From Vulcanimicrobiota bacterium (GTDB lineage Bacteria; Vulcanimicrobiota; Vulcanimicrobiia; Vulcanimicrobiales; Vulcanimicrobiaceae): a DNA stretch of 64,000 nucleotides. The DNA lies in assembly GCA_963833095.1 (NCBI GenBank), contig CAWHWQ010000001.1, forward strand, positions 864,001 to 928,000, written 5' to 3'. The notes beneath the pieces are model-generated. The model worked only from the letters and a program-made list of their open reading frames with translations. It ran no database searches and was not told the origin of the DNA. Numbering within the stretch: the stretch's first letter is position 1; every line of letters starts with the position of its first letter. Positions 35,346 to 47,018 of the stretch are shown here, piece after piece. A program made the translations under genes and the position numbers.

Positions 35346-37537
35346 GGTAGACCTCTAAGGTTCGCTGTTCCGCTATACGAGCCCGGCGGCAAGGTGTCGA
35401 ACGAAAAGCCGCCGTCGCCGTCGGCCTGCGTGGTTTGCTCGTTACCGGCAGCCTTGAGGGTTATCGGTGCAAAGGCAACGGCCGCCGGATCGCTCGATCC
35501 GGTAAGGCGTAGGGTCCCAAAAAACACATGCTCGGTTCGCCGCGATGTGAAACGCAGAATGCCGCCGCCGAAACTGCGCGTGGAAAAATCGCGAATGGGC
35601 CGATCGATGCTTTGGTTGATGGCTTCGCCGCTCTCGTCGATGATGACGCGATTGTCGGCATTGCTCTGCACGGTCGGAATCATCAGGTAGCCACCTGCCG
35701 ACGACGTCCCAGCGTCCTGCCCATTCAACTCGACGTCAGCGCCCGAGCCGGCGCCTTCGAGCACGGTATATCCATCGGAGATCGGTCGCCCGAAAAAGAC
35801 GTGTCCGTCGCTTGCGACGAGCGATCCCGAAATCATCGCGGTCCGGTCCGGGGGCGACCCGCCGCTCGGGCGCAGCGAACTGAGTTCCAAGATGCCCGAC
35901 TGCCCAACGATGCGGACGTCTTGCAAGCCGCTCCCGTCGGTGTTGATCGAACCCGAATAATCCGTCCCAAACGTGCCGGCCGGTGAAGCTGAAAACTGCA
36001 GTCCCGCGGTGCCGTTTCCAGCATTGAGCGCTAAGGTCGAGCGAGGTCCCGTGCGCACGATCGCCTGTACGACCAGCGAGCGTGACACCAACGCTGAGGT
36101 CACGCTACGTAGCGCCGTGATCGAAATCGACAGAACGCTTCCAATGGCTTGATAAAGCGACGCCGACGAAAACGACGTCGGACCCAAGTCGCGATCGATC
36201 GTTCGTCCGATTCCAAACGAGACGCCGCCGCTACGAGCATAACCGATTGACGCGGAGACGTCCTGCGCCAGCAAAGCGCGATCGTCCGTGGAGAGCAGGC
36301 TGGTGTTCGCGTATCTAGCGCCGGTCTGCGTGCTCGAAGCAGAGAAGCCGAACCGCTCGGTCTGGTACGCAAACGAGACTTGCAGCGCAGAGTCGCTCAC
36401 GCCGCCGCTGTCGCTTGCTCCGTAGGCGACACCGAGCGCGCCCAGATTCCCCGCGACGGCGGCCGTAACGCCGCCGCTAAAAACATTCGGTCCAGCTTCG
36501 ATGCGCGCTCCCGCGGTAAAGTTGTTCGTAAACCCTCGCGCATACCGTCCCAGGAAAACGTCGCCGCTATAATGATCGTCTGCGGCGAAGGCGTTTTGAC
36601 GCAGCACACCGGCGGATACTGCGAAGTCGGTAAGACCCGCGCGGAGAAGGTCGAGCGAGCTATAGTCCTGCGAGGTAAGGCGCGTGGTGTTTCCAAAAGC
36701 GTCACGCAGCACGACAACCGTCGAGTTCAAGCCCGCCACGGCCGGCAGATTCGCGAGAACAAACGTCCCCGGCGACACGTCGACGACGTTGGTCAGAACG
36801 CCGTTCACGTAGACCTCGGCGCGCGAAGGCGTAAGGACCGTCCCGCTTAGCACCGCTGAGGGAAAGCGCAAGAGGTATGGATCGAGGGCGAAGGAGCGAG
36901 CAACGGTGATCCCCGCGATCTGATCGTTTCCTCCGAAGGTCCCGGCGTCCACCGATGCGTCCCCGACCGTGGTGGCGATCAAATCGTTGCGATCGTCGCT
37001 CTCGAGATAGGTTTGGCCCCGCCGGAAGAGCCCACCGTCGGAAAACATCGTGCTTGTGAGCAGAACTTTGGGAAAATTGTAGCCGACCTGCCCGGAATAG
37101 CCGAGCGGTCCAGAGTTGCTGGCGGTAAGCGAATAGTTCACGAACGCGCCGGACGTTTGAAGATACTGCAACGGCGCCTCGGGATGCGGCCCGAGATTGT
37201 AGCTTGATGCCGGCAGCAGCGATGCCTGCGCCTGGACATGGAGCACGAGCGTCGACGCGTCGAAGACATACGTGAGCTCCGGCGCGAGCGATTGCAATGA
37301 GATGAAATCGAAGCCGGCGAGGTGTTGTTCTTTTCCCGATCCGAACGCGATATGGGCGGCAGCGAGATCGCTCTTCTGAATGAAGAGATCTTGATCGGTT
37401 ATCGCCGCGAGCACTTCGACATGCTCCTGCGAGTTCACGACCATCTCGACGTATGCGAGGTCCCCACCAGGGTCGCGCGGCGCATTCTCTGTTGCGCCGA
37501 GAAGCGCGAACGCCAGTACTAGCGCCGCGAAGCGCAT
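35261..37537 (-). CDS. Fimbrial outer-membrane usher (CsuD-like)
   Basis: GAFVNY, R..T, VGD, FALDPY...P..L.G....PS..EVYVNG, PG.F.L.NLP, DAFG, LL..GL.DF. Confidence 0.9.
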   Translation of the reverse strand: MRFAALVLAFALLGATENAPRDPGGDLAYVEMVVNSQEHVEVLAAITDQDLFIQKSDLAAAHIAFGSGKEQHLAGFDFISLQSLAPELTYVFDASTLVLHVQAQASLLPASSYNLGPHPEAPLQYLQTSGAFVNYSLTASNSGPLGYSGQVGYNFPKVLLTSTMFSDGGLFRRGQTYLESDDRNDLIATTVGDASVDAGTFGGNDQIAGITVARSFALDPYLLRFPSAVLSGTVLTPSRAEVYVNGVLTNVVDVSPGTFVLANLPAVAGLNSTVVVLRDAFGNTTRLTSQDYSSLDLLRAGLTDFAVSAGVLRQNAFAADDHYSGDVFLGRYARGFTNNFTAGARIEAGPNVFSGGVTAAVAGNLGALGVAYGASDSGGVSDSALQVSFAYQTERFGFSASSTQTGARYANTSLLSTDDRALLAQDVSASIGYARSGGVSFGIGRTIDRDLGPTSFSSASLYQAIGSVLSISITALRSVTSALVSRSLVVQAIVRTGPRSTLALNAGNGTAGLQFSASPAGTFGTDYSGSINTDGSGLQDVRIVGQSGILELSSLRPSGGSPPDRTAMISGSLVASDGHVFFGRPISDGYTVLEGAGSGADVELNGQDAGTSSAGGYLMIPTVQSNADNRVIIDESGEAINQSIDRPIRDFSTRSFGGGILRFTSRRTEHVFFGTLRLTGSSDPAAVAFAPITLKAAGNEQTTQADGDGGFSFDTLPPGSYSGTANLRGLPCTFSVTFPQSNAFQVNLGTVSCQPSLP

Positions 37538-37541
37538 GCGC

Positions 37542-38312
37542 CTACGAACAGGAACGCGTTATCTGCGTCGTGCTTCCTTTAAACATGTTGTGTCCGGTTC
37601 CGGCAGTAGCGGCGATCGTTGTCGTCGACGCGCACGCTCCCGCTGGGATTGCAAAGGTGAAACCACGCGTTGCGCCACGCAGAATGTACCATCCCGGCGT
37701 TGTCACGGAGAACGTCTGCTTACCCGATGCGTCGGTTCCGACGGCAGTAACGCTGGTTGGTTCGATATGCACGTCGCCGTCGTTTTCCAACTTGAGATCG
37801 AGACTCGTACGATTGAGCGCCGCGCCGGAGATCTTTTGCGCAGCGGTTGCTTTCGCGGGCTCGATAAAAAGCGGTATGCCGATATTCGTGCGCACGACGA
37901 CTCCCGATCCTCTCACCCCGGTCAAGGCGCCGGGATCGGGGAGTTGCTCGAATAATACGCGATAGGCCACTTCTTGGCTGCCGGACGTTGCGGGCAAACC
38001 GATGCGCACCGTTTGCTGCGAGCTCGGCGCCACCGTCAACGAGCGCGGGAACACCACGAGCGTGGTATCCGGGGTGAGTATCATTGCGGAATCCACCGAC
38101 TGCTTCCACGCGAAAACGCGCACCGCAAGGTGAAGCGGCTGCGAACCGCGGTTTCTCACCGTCATCGAGGCCGTCTTCGCACCCATCGGGGCGACGACCG
38201 GAATGGGTGAAACGCTATAGTCGGCTGCAACTGCGACGGCGCTCAAGGCGAGCAACGCAACGACAGCGACAAGTGGAATGACACTCGATCGTTTCATTAT
38301 GCTTGCCTTCAT
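37542..38312 (-). CDS. Fimbrial chaperone (PapD/CsuC-like)
   Basis: VSP, W.Q, V.P....P...Q.VR.G, E..YR....QLP, IP.F..P, N.G..H; TAATG coupling to pilin. Confidence 0.88.
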   Translation of the reverse strand: MKASIMKRSSVIPLVAVVALLALSAVAVAADYSVSPIPVVAPMGAKTASMTVRNRGSQPLHLAVRVFAWKQSVDSAMILTPDTTLVVFPRSLTVAPSSQQTVRIGLPATSGSQEVAYRVLFEQLPDPGALTGVRGSGVVVRTNIGIPLFIEPAKATAAQKISGAALNRTSLDLKLENDGDVHIEPTSVTAVGTDASGKQTFSVTTPGWYILRGATRGFTFAIPAGACASTTTIAATAGTGHNMFKGSTTQITRSCS

Positions 38313-38827
38313 TAGTAGTTGATCGTAACTGCGACCGAGTCGGTGTACGAACCAACCGGTACGTTTTGCGCGCTCGCGACCGAGCCATATGCCGTGAGAC
38401 TCACCGGCGTCGTTCCGCCGGCACCCGTTACCGAAGCAGTGGTTCCCGACGTCTTCGTTCCCCACGGCTGGCTGTGCGCCGAATCTTTGTAAATGCCGTA
38501 CGAAAGATAGTTTGTGCCGGTACCTTTCATGCGTCGCGTCTGCGTGTTGCCTGTCCCAATGGGATTAAGCCCCGCGTCGATATCGACCATCGCGGAGGCG
38601 CCTTGCGTGCAGGTCGCGCTGATCGCGGCAGTCCCGAGCAGCGGAGCCGAAGCGTTGCTACCGACCGCGTCGTAATTCCCGAAGCTCAAATTCCCGCTGC
38701 TGATCGTGCAGGTCGAAATGACGGTCGCTGTAACCGACATCGTTGCTGAAACGCTCCCCGCCTTTGCCGGCGAGGCCAAACACAGCGCGGCGGCCAGCAC
38801 GATATAGAACGTACGCTTTGGCATCAT
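38312..38827 (-). CDS. Spore coat U / Csu-type major pilin
   Basis: Signal peptide, VTATV..TC.I....L.FG.YD, CT.G, R.M, L.Y.IY.D, YG.V...Q....G.Y.D.V.VTI.Y. Confidence 0.92.
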   Translation of the reverse strand: MMPKRTFYIVLAAALCLASPAKAGSVSATMSVTATVISTCTISSGNLSFGNYDAVGSNASAPLLGTAAISATCTQGASAMVDIDAGLNPIGTGNTQTRRMKGTGTNYLSYGIYKDSAHSQPWGTKTSGTTASVTGAGGTTPVSLTAYGSVASAQNVPVGSYTDSVAVTINY

Positions 38828-38903
38828 CGCAGCTCCTTTGCGCGCTCAAGTGTAACGCCCTCGCGCGAAGGGGGACGTCGCCGGTCCAGGACAATTATGG
38901 CGC

Positions 38904-39215
38904 ATGAGCTATCGAGACGAACTGCGCGCCGCCGAGGAGCAAGGTAAAACTGCGCACCAGGCGATGGAGGCGTGGATCGCGAGGCCACTGGACGCGCCCG
39001 ACGTACCCGGAGAGGTGCTGGAGGGATACGCGCGCGATTTGCGTGAGAGCCGCGAGCGCATACAACATTTGCTGCGCGAACAAGGTGTGCGCGACGATCT
39101 TGAAGCGGCGCTCTTAGCGAACGAAGCCTACCATCGCTCGCTCGGTCTGACCATCCGCGATAAACCGGATCCGCCGGACGAGGATGCTGACACGGGCGAT
39201 CTTTCGCCAGCATAG
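38904..39215 (+). CDS. Hypothetical acidic helical protein
   Basis: 103-aa ORF, coiled-coil-like, host-like codon usage. Confidence 0.55.
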   Translation: MSYRDELRAAEEQGKTAHQAMEAWIARPLDAPDVPGEVLEGYARDLRESRERIQHLLREQGVRDDLEAALLANEAYHRSLGLTIRDKPDPPDEDADTGDLSPA

Positions 39216-39221
39216 GCTACA

Positions 39222-39277
39222 CCGATGGAAAGTATTGCTTCCATCGGCTTTGACTAGTCGATCAAATGGATTAGCAT
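39222..39277 (+). promoter_or_regulatory. Inverted repeat plus putative sigma70 promoter of katG
   Basis: CCGATGGAA-N8-TTCCATCGG (39222-39247) directly before TTGACT-16-TAGCAT. Confidence 0.4.
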
Positions 39278-39279
39278 GA

Positions 39280-41525
<2,246 letters not shown>

Positions 41526-41531
41526 GACCAC

Positions 41532-41575
41532 AAGGGCTTTACGAGGCCGATTCCACGGCCTCGTAGAGCCCTTTT
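41532..41575 (+). terminator. Intrinsic terminator after katG
   Basis: GGGCTTTACGAGGCCG/CGGCCTCGTAGAGCCC stem + TTTT. Confidence 0.8.
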
Positions 41576-41724
41576 AGTGCGAGCAGAACAGCATGATTGA
41601 AGGCGAGCTGTTCAGGATGAACTTCGTGACCATGCTCTTGCAGACGCACAAAACTCTGAGCCGCGATTTGGCATTGTTGCTTTGCGGCAGCGAGCGCTTC
41701 AGTATTCATGCGCACTAGGTCGCC

Positions 41725-42687
41725 CTACGTCTTCGTGAACCCTTGTTCGCGCAGCCACGCATCGTTGAAAATGCGTGAGAGGTAGCGCTGGCCGCCGTCG
41801 CAGAGAATCGTCACGATGGTTGAACCCTCGGGAAACTCCTTTGCGATGCGCACCGCGCCGAAAACGTTGAGGCCGCTCGATCCGCCGACGAAGATGCCCT
41901 CGCGATCGAGCAGCCAATGCGCCATCTCGATCGCCTGCGCATCGGTCGCGCGAACCGCGCGGTCGATCGGCGCGCCTTCGAAATTCGCCGTTAAGCGCTT
42001 GATGCCGATCCCTTCGAGATCGGAGTCACCTTCGGGTTCGAGCTTGCCGACGTTGACGTAGTTGTAGAGCGAAGAGCCCATCGGATCGCAAAGCACGGTA
42101 AGGATCTTCGGGTTGCGCGCCTTGAGCGCCATCGACGTTCCGGCAACCGTACCGCCGGTTCCCGCCGCGGCAACGAACGCATCGATGCGCCCCCCCGTCT
42201 GTTCCCAAATCTCGGGGCCGGTGGTCAGTTCGTGCGCGCGGCGATTCGCGGTATTTTCAAATTGATTGGCCCAGAACGCGCCGGGCGTCTCTTCGGCGAC
42301 CCGGCGCGCAACATGATAGTAGTTCTCCGGATTGGTGAACGGGGCGGCAGGAATCACACGGACGTCGGCGCCGCACACGCGCAGCAGATCGATCTTCTCT
42401 TGCGATTGATCGTTCGGAACACAGATGATGCACCGGTATCCGCGTTCGTTTGCAACCAGCGCGAGCGCGATACCGGTGTTCCCGGCCGTGCCTTCGACGA
42501 TCGTACCGCCGGGTTCGAGCGCGCCGCGCGTTTCGGCATCATCGACCATCGCGCGCGCCGCGCGATCCTTGACCGATCCGCCCGGGTTAAGGAATTCCGC
42601 TTTGCCGAGAATGCGCCGCCCGAGCTCTCGGGAGAGGGCGCGCAGCTCGATAAGGGGCGTCGCACCGACAGTGTCCGAGAAACTCAT
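41725..42687 (-). CDS. Cysteine synthase family PLP enzyme
   Basis: G.TPLI, KAEFLNPGGSVKDR, EGTAGNTG, NQFEN, GTGGT, EGIG, GGSSG. Confidence 0.92.
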   Translation of the reverse strand: MSFSDTVGATPLIELRALSRELGRRILGKAEFLNPGGSVKDRAARAMVDDAETRGALEPGGTIVEGTAGNTGIALALVANERGYRCIICVPNDQSQEKIDLLRVCGADVRVIPAAPFTNPENYYHVARRVAEETPGAFWANQFENTANRRAHELTTGPEIWEQTGGRIDAFVAAAGTGGTVAGTSMALKARNPKILTVLCDPMGSSLYNYVNVGKLEPEGDSDLEGIGIKRLTANFEGAPIDRAVRATDAQAIEMAHWLLDREGIFVGGSSGLNVFGAVRIAKEFPEGSTIVTILCDGGQRYLSRIFNDAWLREQGFTKT

Positions 42688-42691
42688 GACG

Positions 42692-43114
42692 TCAACCGGT
42701 TTTGATGCGTTTGCTGCGAAGCGTCGTGCTGCTGCCGGTCTGCTGACTTTGATTGAACCCAAGTTTTGGACGGCGCGTCCGCACAACTGCCGCGATCGCG
42801 CCGTTGGCGTCTTCATCCGCGACGGACTCGACGAGAAGCGCCGAATCCCCGATCTTCGCGCGCGCCGCCGCCATAAAGCGGCGTCCACTCGACGAGGACA
42901 AGCTCGTCAGCTCCTCGACCAGAGCCTTACGCGAGACGGGTTTGTCGCCGGGAAAGAGGCAGAGCTCCGTGCCTTTCGCCGACGGTCGATTCCGAACGGC
43001 GCCGGCCGGCTCAAGTTCTCGCCCGTCGCGAATAAAAACCGAATCAGCCGTCGATGCGCGCAGCGCGTCGAGGATATCGCGCCAGGTAAGGCTTTTTGGC
43101 AGGGAACTCTTCAT
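42692..43114 (-). CDS. Hypothetical protein
   Basis: 140-aa ORF ending 4 nt before the cysteine synthase start. Confidence 0.55.
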   Translation of the reverse strand: MKSSLPKSLTWRDILDALRASTADSVFIRDGRELEPAGAVRNRPSAKGTELCLFPGDKPVSRKALVEELTSLSSSSGRRFMAAARAKIGDSALLVESVADEDANGAIAAVVRTRRPKLGFNQSQQTGSSTTLRSKRIKTG

Positions 43115-43173
43115 ACAGGCCCCATTCCACGACGAGTACAGGAACGCCGCCCAATGCGCCTAAGGCTCGACGT

Positions 43174-46038
43174 GTGCTCAGAGCCGGTCCGGGACTGCGC
43201 CGTCGCGCGCACGTTTATGCGTACACGGCCGTTACCACGGCGATCGTGCTGCTCCTCGCGCTGGCTGAATGGGCCACGGAGAAGCTCGTCTCGGATCGAT
43301 CGAGAGCGGCCAGTACCGCGATCGAAATCTGCATCGTGCTTGTCGGCACACTGGTCTTTCGTCCCCTTCACCAGCGCATTGAAGCAGCAATCGACGCCGC
43401 GTTTCACCGGCGCAAGCACCACGCGCTCGCGGCTCTGGCAAAATTTCGCCAAGAGCTGACGTCTTTTAGCGACCCAAACCAGCTGCTGCGGCGCGTTGTC
43501 GAGGCGGTCGATCACCATCTCGAGGCGTGCGCGAGCGCTGTCTATGTGCGACGCGATACCTTTGCGGCGGCAGCGTCCTCGTACGACGTCCCCGCACCGG
43601 ACCTGGCTCAGAACGATCCACTCCTGGTCCGCCTCCGGTCGAGCGGAGCACCGGCCAAGCCTGCGCAACTGAAGTCGCTGGCACTCGGGACGCATGCATT
43701 TCCGATGACGTCCGCCGGCGAATTGGTCGGTTTTCTTTCGGTCGATGCCGATCACAGCGACTACGATAAAGAGGAAGCGCAGATGCTCTCCGGGCTCGCC
43801 GAAGATCTCGCGGGCGCGCTCGTAAAGCTCGATCCGCGACTGCGTCCGCAGACGGCGCGCGCTCCCAACAATCTTCCAGCTAACCTCGCTCCGCTAATTG
43901 GCCGCGAACGCGAGCAAGGCGAGATTCTCGCGGCGCTTGCGCAATCGCACCTGATCACCGTCACGGGGTCGGGCGGCGTCGGAAAAACGCGCATTGCGCT
44001 CAAATGCGCTGCCGACAATCTCGAGCGATACGAGCATGGCGCTTGGTTTATCGATCTCGCGCCGATTCCCAGCGGATCCTTGCTCATTGCGACGCTCTTG
44101 ACCGCGCTCGATGCGGGCGCTGCCGAGGACGGGGCCGAGACCACGCGTCTGCTGGGGTACCTGGCGCCACGCGAATTGCTTTTGATCATCGACAATTGCG
44201 AGCACATGGTTGCCGACGTCGCAGCCCTCGTCGCGCGCATTCGCGCAGCCTGTCCGCGCGTTTCCATCCTAACGACGAGCCGGGAGCTACTCCACGCCGA
44301 GGGCGAGCAGGTGTACCGGCTCGGACCGCTGACGGCGAAAGCCGCAGCCGAGCTCTTTGCAACGCGTGCAGCAGCGGTCTCGCCGGAGTTTGAGCGCGAC
44401 GAGCGGAGCGCAATCATTCACGACATTTGCGATCGTCTCGACGGCATTCCCCTCGCTGTCGAGCTCGCCGCTGCGCGTACGCGGACACTGAGCCCCGAAG
44501 AAATACTCGAGCGTTTGGATGAGCGTTTCCGCCTACTCACCAGCGGCTCGCATACCGCCGCGCAGCGGCAGCAGACGCTCGCCGCGACGATCGAGTGGAG
44601 CTACGAACTTCTCACGCCAAAGGAGCAATCGCTCTTCGAGCGCCTGTCGGCGTTTCGCGGCAGTTTCTCGCTCCCGGCTGCGTCGGCGGTTTGCGGGGAT
44701 GGCGACACCTGCGATGAGTTCCACGTCTTGGACGTGCTCACGTCGCTGGCCGATAAATCGCTGTTGACGGTTACGCTGGCGTTGACGACGCGTTACCGGT
44801 TCTTGGAAACGATTCGCGCCTTTGCCGCGGCCAAAGCTGTCGAGCACCAGGCGACGGCGATTGCGGCGCAACAGCACGCGAGCTATTTTGCAGCCCTCGC
44901 TGCGCAGGCGTATTTCGAGTTCGACTCGCGGCTGCAACCGGGTTGGATCGAGAAGCTTGCACCTGAAGTAGACAACTTCCGCGCAGCGCTCGCATGGACG
45001 CTCGAAGGGCCCGGTGACCGAAGCGCCGGAGCGCAACTTGCCGCCGACAGCGGACCGATTTTTCTGCGCATGGAATTACTGGGCGAAGGTCTTAGCTGGT
45101 GCGACTCTGCGCGTCGCGTTCATTCTGTCGCGCCCGCGACCGCTGCGCGAATCGAATACGTCGCTTCGATGATGCAGAACAACCTCGGGCAAAACGACGC
45201 CGCCCTTGCATCGGCGCAGCGCGCGGTCGCACGCTACCGTCCGTCACCGGATACGCGCGGTCTGGTGCGCGCGCTCTCACAAGAAGCGCAACTGCTTGCA
45301 AGGTCGCACCGCTTCGACGAGGCCAAGGCCCCTGCGGAGGAGGCAATACAGGAAGCGCGCGAGTTGGGGGAACCGCTTTTGTTAATCGCGGTGCTCCGGC
45401 GCTGCGCATTCTCGCTGCCGCCCTCGGAGATCGAGCGTGCGCGCGTGCTCTTTGAAGAAGCCTTGAGTGTCGCGCGGTCAGCGCACGCGCAAGACGAAAT
45501 GTGCCGCGTCCTCCAGTGGTGGGCTTCACGGGAATCGGGCGAGCGCGCAATCGAATTGGCCACGGATGCGCTCGAATGGGCCGACAGCCGCGTGCGAACC
45601 AGACTCGAGCTCATGATCTGCACCAACATGCTGGCGGCTCGCCGCCTTGACGAAGCGGAACCGCATGCCCGTGCGGCCCTAGTTCTTACCCTCGAGGCGA
45701 ATCATCCGCTCTTGCGCGCTCTTGCGATTGCCTACTGGACCCCATTCCTCGCCGGGCGATCTGCCGACGAGGCCGCAATGCTCTTTGGGTATGCCAACGA
45801 ACAGCTTCGCTCGCTTCAGTGGACGGGCGAGGACGACGATCGCCGCGCGCTCGAAACGGCTTCGCATCTCATAGCACAAACGCTCGATTCGAAGACGTTC
45901 GAGACGCTCCTGAAACGCGGCGCGAAAATGCGCCCCGCAGAAGCGCTGACGATGCTTACGCCGGCGCTAGCACTCGGCTATGCCGGTGGTGTCACGGTGC
46001 CTGGCGCTGGTGATGGTGTCGGTACACTGCTGCGTTAG
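43174..46038 (+). CDS. Membrane-anchored GAF-STAND (NB-ARC-like) ATPase with TPR-like C-terminus
   Basis: 2 TMs, FRPL..RI...ID..F, GAF-like region, NNLP....LIGR, GSGGVGKTR, LLIIDNCEH, TSRE, LDGIPLAVELAA, IEWSY.LL; start uncertain. Confidence 0.85.
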   Translation: MLRAGPGLRRRAHVYAYTAVTTAIVLLLALAEWATEKLVSDRSRAASTAIEICIVLVGTLVFRPLHQRIEAAIDAAFHRRKHHALAALAKFRQELTSFSDPNQLLRRVVEAVDHHLEACASAVYVRRDTFAAAASSYDVPAPDLAQNDPLLVRLRSSGAPAKPAQLKSLALGTHAFPMTSAGELVGFLSVDADHSDYDKEEAQMLSGLAEDLAGALVKLDPRLRPQTARAPNNLPANLAPLIGREREQGEILAALAQSHLITVTGSGGVGKTRIALKCAADNLERYEHGAWFIDLAPIPSGSLLIATLLTALDAGAAEDGAETTRLLGYLAPRELLLIIDNCEHMVADVAALVARIRAACPRVSILTTSRELLHAEGEQVYRLGPLTAKAAAELFATRAAAVSPEFERDERSAIIHDICDRLDGIPLAVELAAARTRTLSPEEILERLDERFRLLTSGSHTAAQRQQTLAATIEWSYELLTPKEQSLFERLSAFRGSFSLPAASAVCGDGDTCDEFHVLDVLTSLADKSLLTVTLALTTRYRFLETIRAFAAAKAVEHQATAIAAQQHASYFAALAAQAYFEFDSRLQPGWIEKLAPEVDNFRAALAWTLEGPGDRSAGAQLAADSGPIFLRMELLGEGLSWCDSARRVHSVAPATAARIEYVASMMQNNLGQNDAALASAQRAVARYRPSPDTRGLVRALSQEAQLLARSHRFDEAKAPAEEAIQEARELGEPLLLIAVLRRCAFSLPPSEIERARVLFEEALSVARSAHAQDEMCRVLQWWASRESGERAIELATDALEWADSRVRTRLELMICTNMLAARRLDEAEPHARAALVLTLEANHPLLRALAIAYWTPFLAGRSADEAAMLFGYANEQLRSLQWTGEDDDRRALETASHLIAQTLDSKTFETLLKRGAKMRPAEALTMLTPALALGYAGGVTVPGAGDGVGTLLR

Positions 46039-46464
46039 CGAGTAGGTTCCTGAGTCGCCGGTGCAATTTGTAACCGCCGTGTATGAACCGCTGAGCACCG
46101 CGGTAGTCGAATTATAGTTTCCCGTGGTGCTGAACGTGCACGTCGTGCCGTTCGCAAAATCGATCACCATCGATCCGCTCACCGAATCCGACGATGTCAT
46201 CGCCAGCGAGATTTGCGCGGCGATCGTCTGTCCGGTTTCTTTGACGGTAATCGTGCCGCCGGCGGTGGTGCCGGTTTGAGCGAGGGTTGCGCTCGCCGTC
46301 CCACTGCCACCTTGCGCGTCTTGCATCGTACCGCTGTAATCGCCGGAAATGTTCGAGGGCTGTGGTGTCGATGCGGCGGGCGCGACCGATCCCGAGCTGC
46401 AGCCGTTCAGCGCGACGAGCGCAATCAATGTCAAAACGCCCGTAGAGAAAAGAGCTCCACGCAT
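45967..46464 (-). CDS. Hypothetical lipoprotein
   Basis: GGAGG RBS, lipobox LNGC, Ser/Thr/Gly-rich beta domain with Cys pairs. Confidence 0.7.
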   Translation of the reverse strand: MRGALFSTGVLTLIALVALNGCSSGSVAPAASTPQPSNISGDYSGTMQDAQGGSGTASATLAQTGTTAGGTITVKETGQTIAAQISLAMTSSDSVSGSMVIDFANGTTCTFSTTGNYNSTTAVLSGSYTAVTNCTGDSGTYSLTQQCTDTITSARHRDTTGIAEC

Positions 46465-46561
46465 CGTGTTCACCTCCGTTTAACAGTCTTTGCGGGTCGG
46501 GGACTCTCACCTGCAGCCTTCCGTAGGCATTGGAGCCCACCCTAACGTAAAGACGTTCTTT

Positions 46562-46972
46562 ATGGGACTCGTCATCGATAGCGTCGATCATCTCGTTCTC
46601 AATGTGGTCGACGTCGAGGTTGCTGCTGCGTGGTATCAGCGCGTGCTTGGTATGCACCGCGAGGACTTTACGCCGGCAGGATCATCGAGCGCGCGTACGT
46701 CGGTGAAGTTCGGAAGCCAGAAGATGAATCTCCGTCCCGCGACGGCGAGCGTCGAGGCGTGGTTCACCGGGCGCAATGTCGCACCCGGCAGCGCCGATCT
46801 GTGTTTTCTAACGACAAGCGATCCGAGCGTGGTCGTCGCACATCTGCACGCGCTCGATATTCCGATCGAGTTGGGACCAGTCGAACGAACCGGTGCGCGT
46901 GGTACGCTGCGCTCGGTCTACTGTCGTGACCCGGACGGAAATCTCATCGAGATCGCTTCATACAGGACGTAG
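46562..46972 (+). CDS. VOC/glyoxalase family protein
   Basis: DHLVL.V.D......WY..VLGM, PGSADLCF, GPV.RTGA.G...SVY.RDPDGNLIE. Confidence 0.92.
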   Translation: MGLVIDSVDHLVLNVVDVEVAAAWYQRVLGMHREDFTPAGSSSARTSVKFGSQKMNLRPATASVEAWFTGRNVAPGSADLCFLTTSDPSVVVAHLHALDIPIELGPVERTGARGTLRSVYCRDPDGNLIEIASYRT

Positions 46973-47018
46973 ACTTCCCGGCCACGCATTTCGTCAACAG
47001 CTTAGAGGGTGAGCTTAC

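Noticed and set aside
41593..41718. 41-aa ORF after the katG terminator
   Set aside because: No SD, no recognisable motif; cannot be supported
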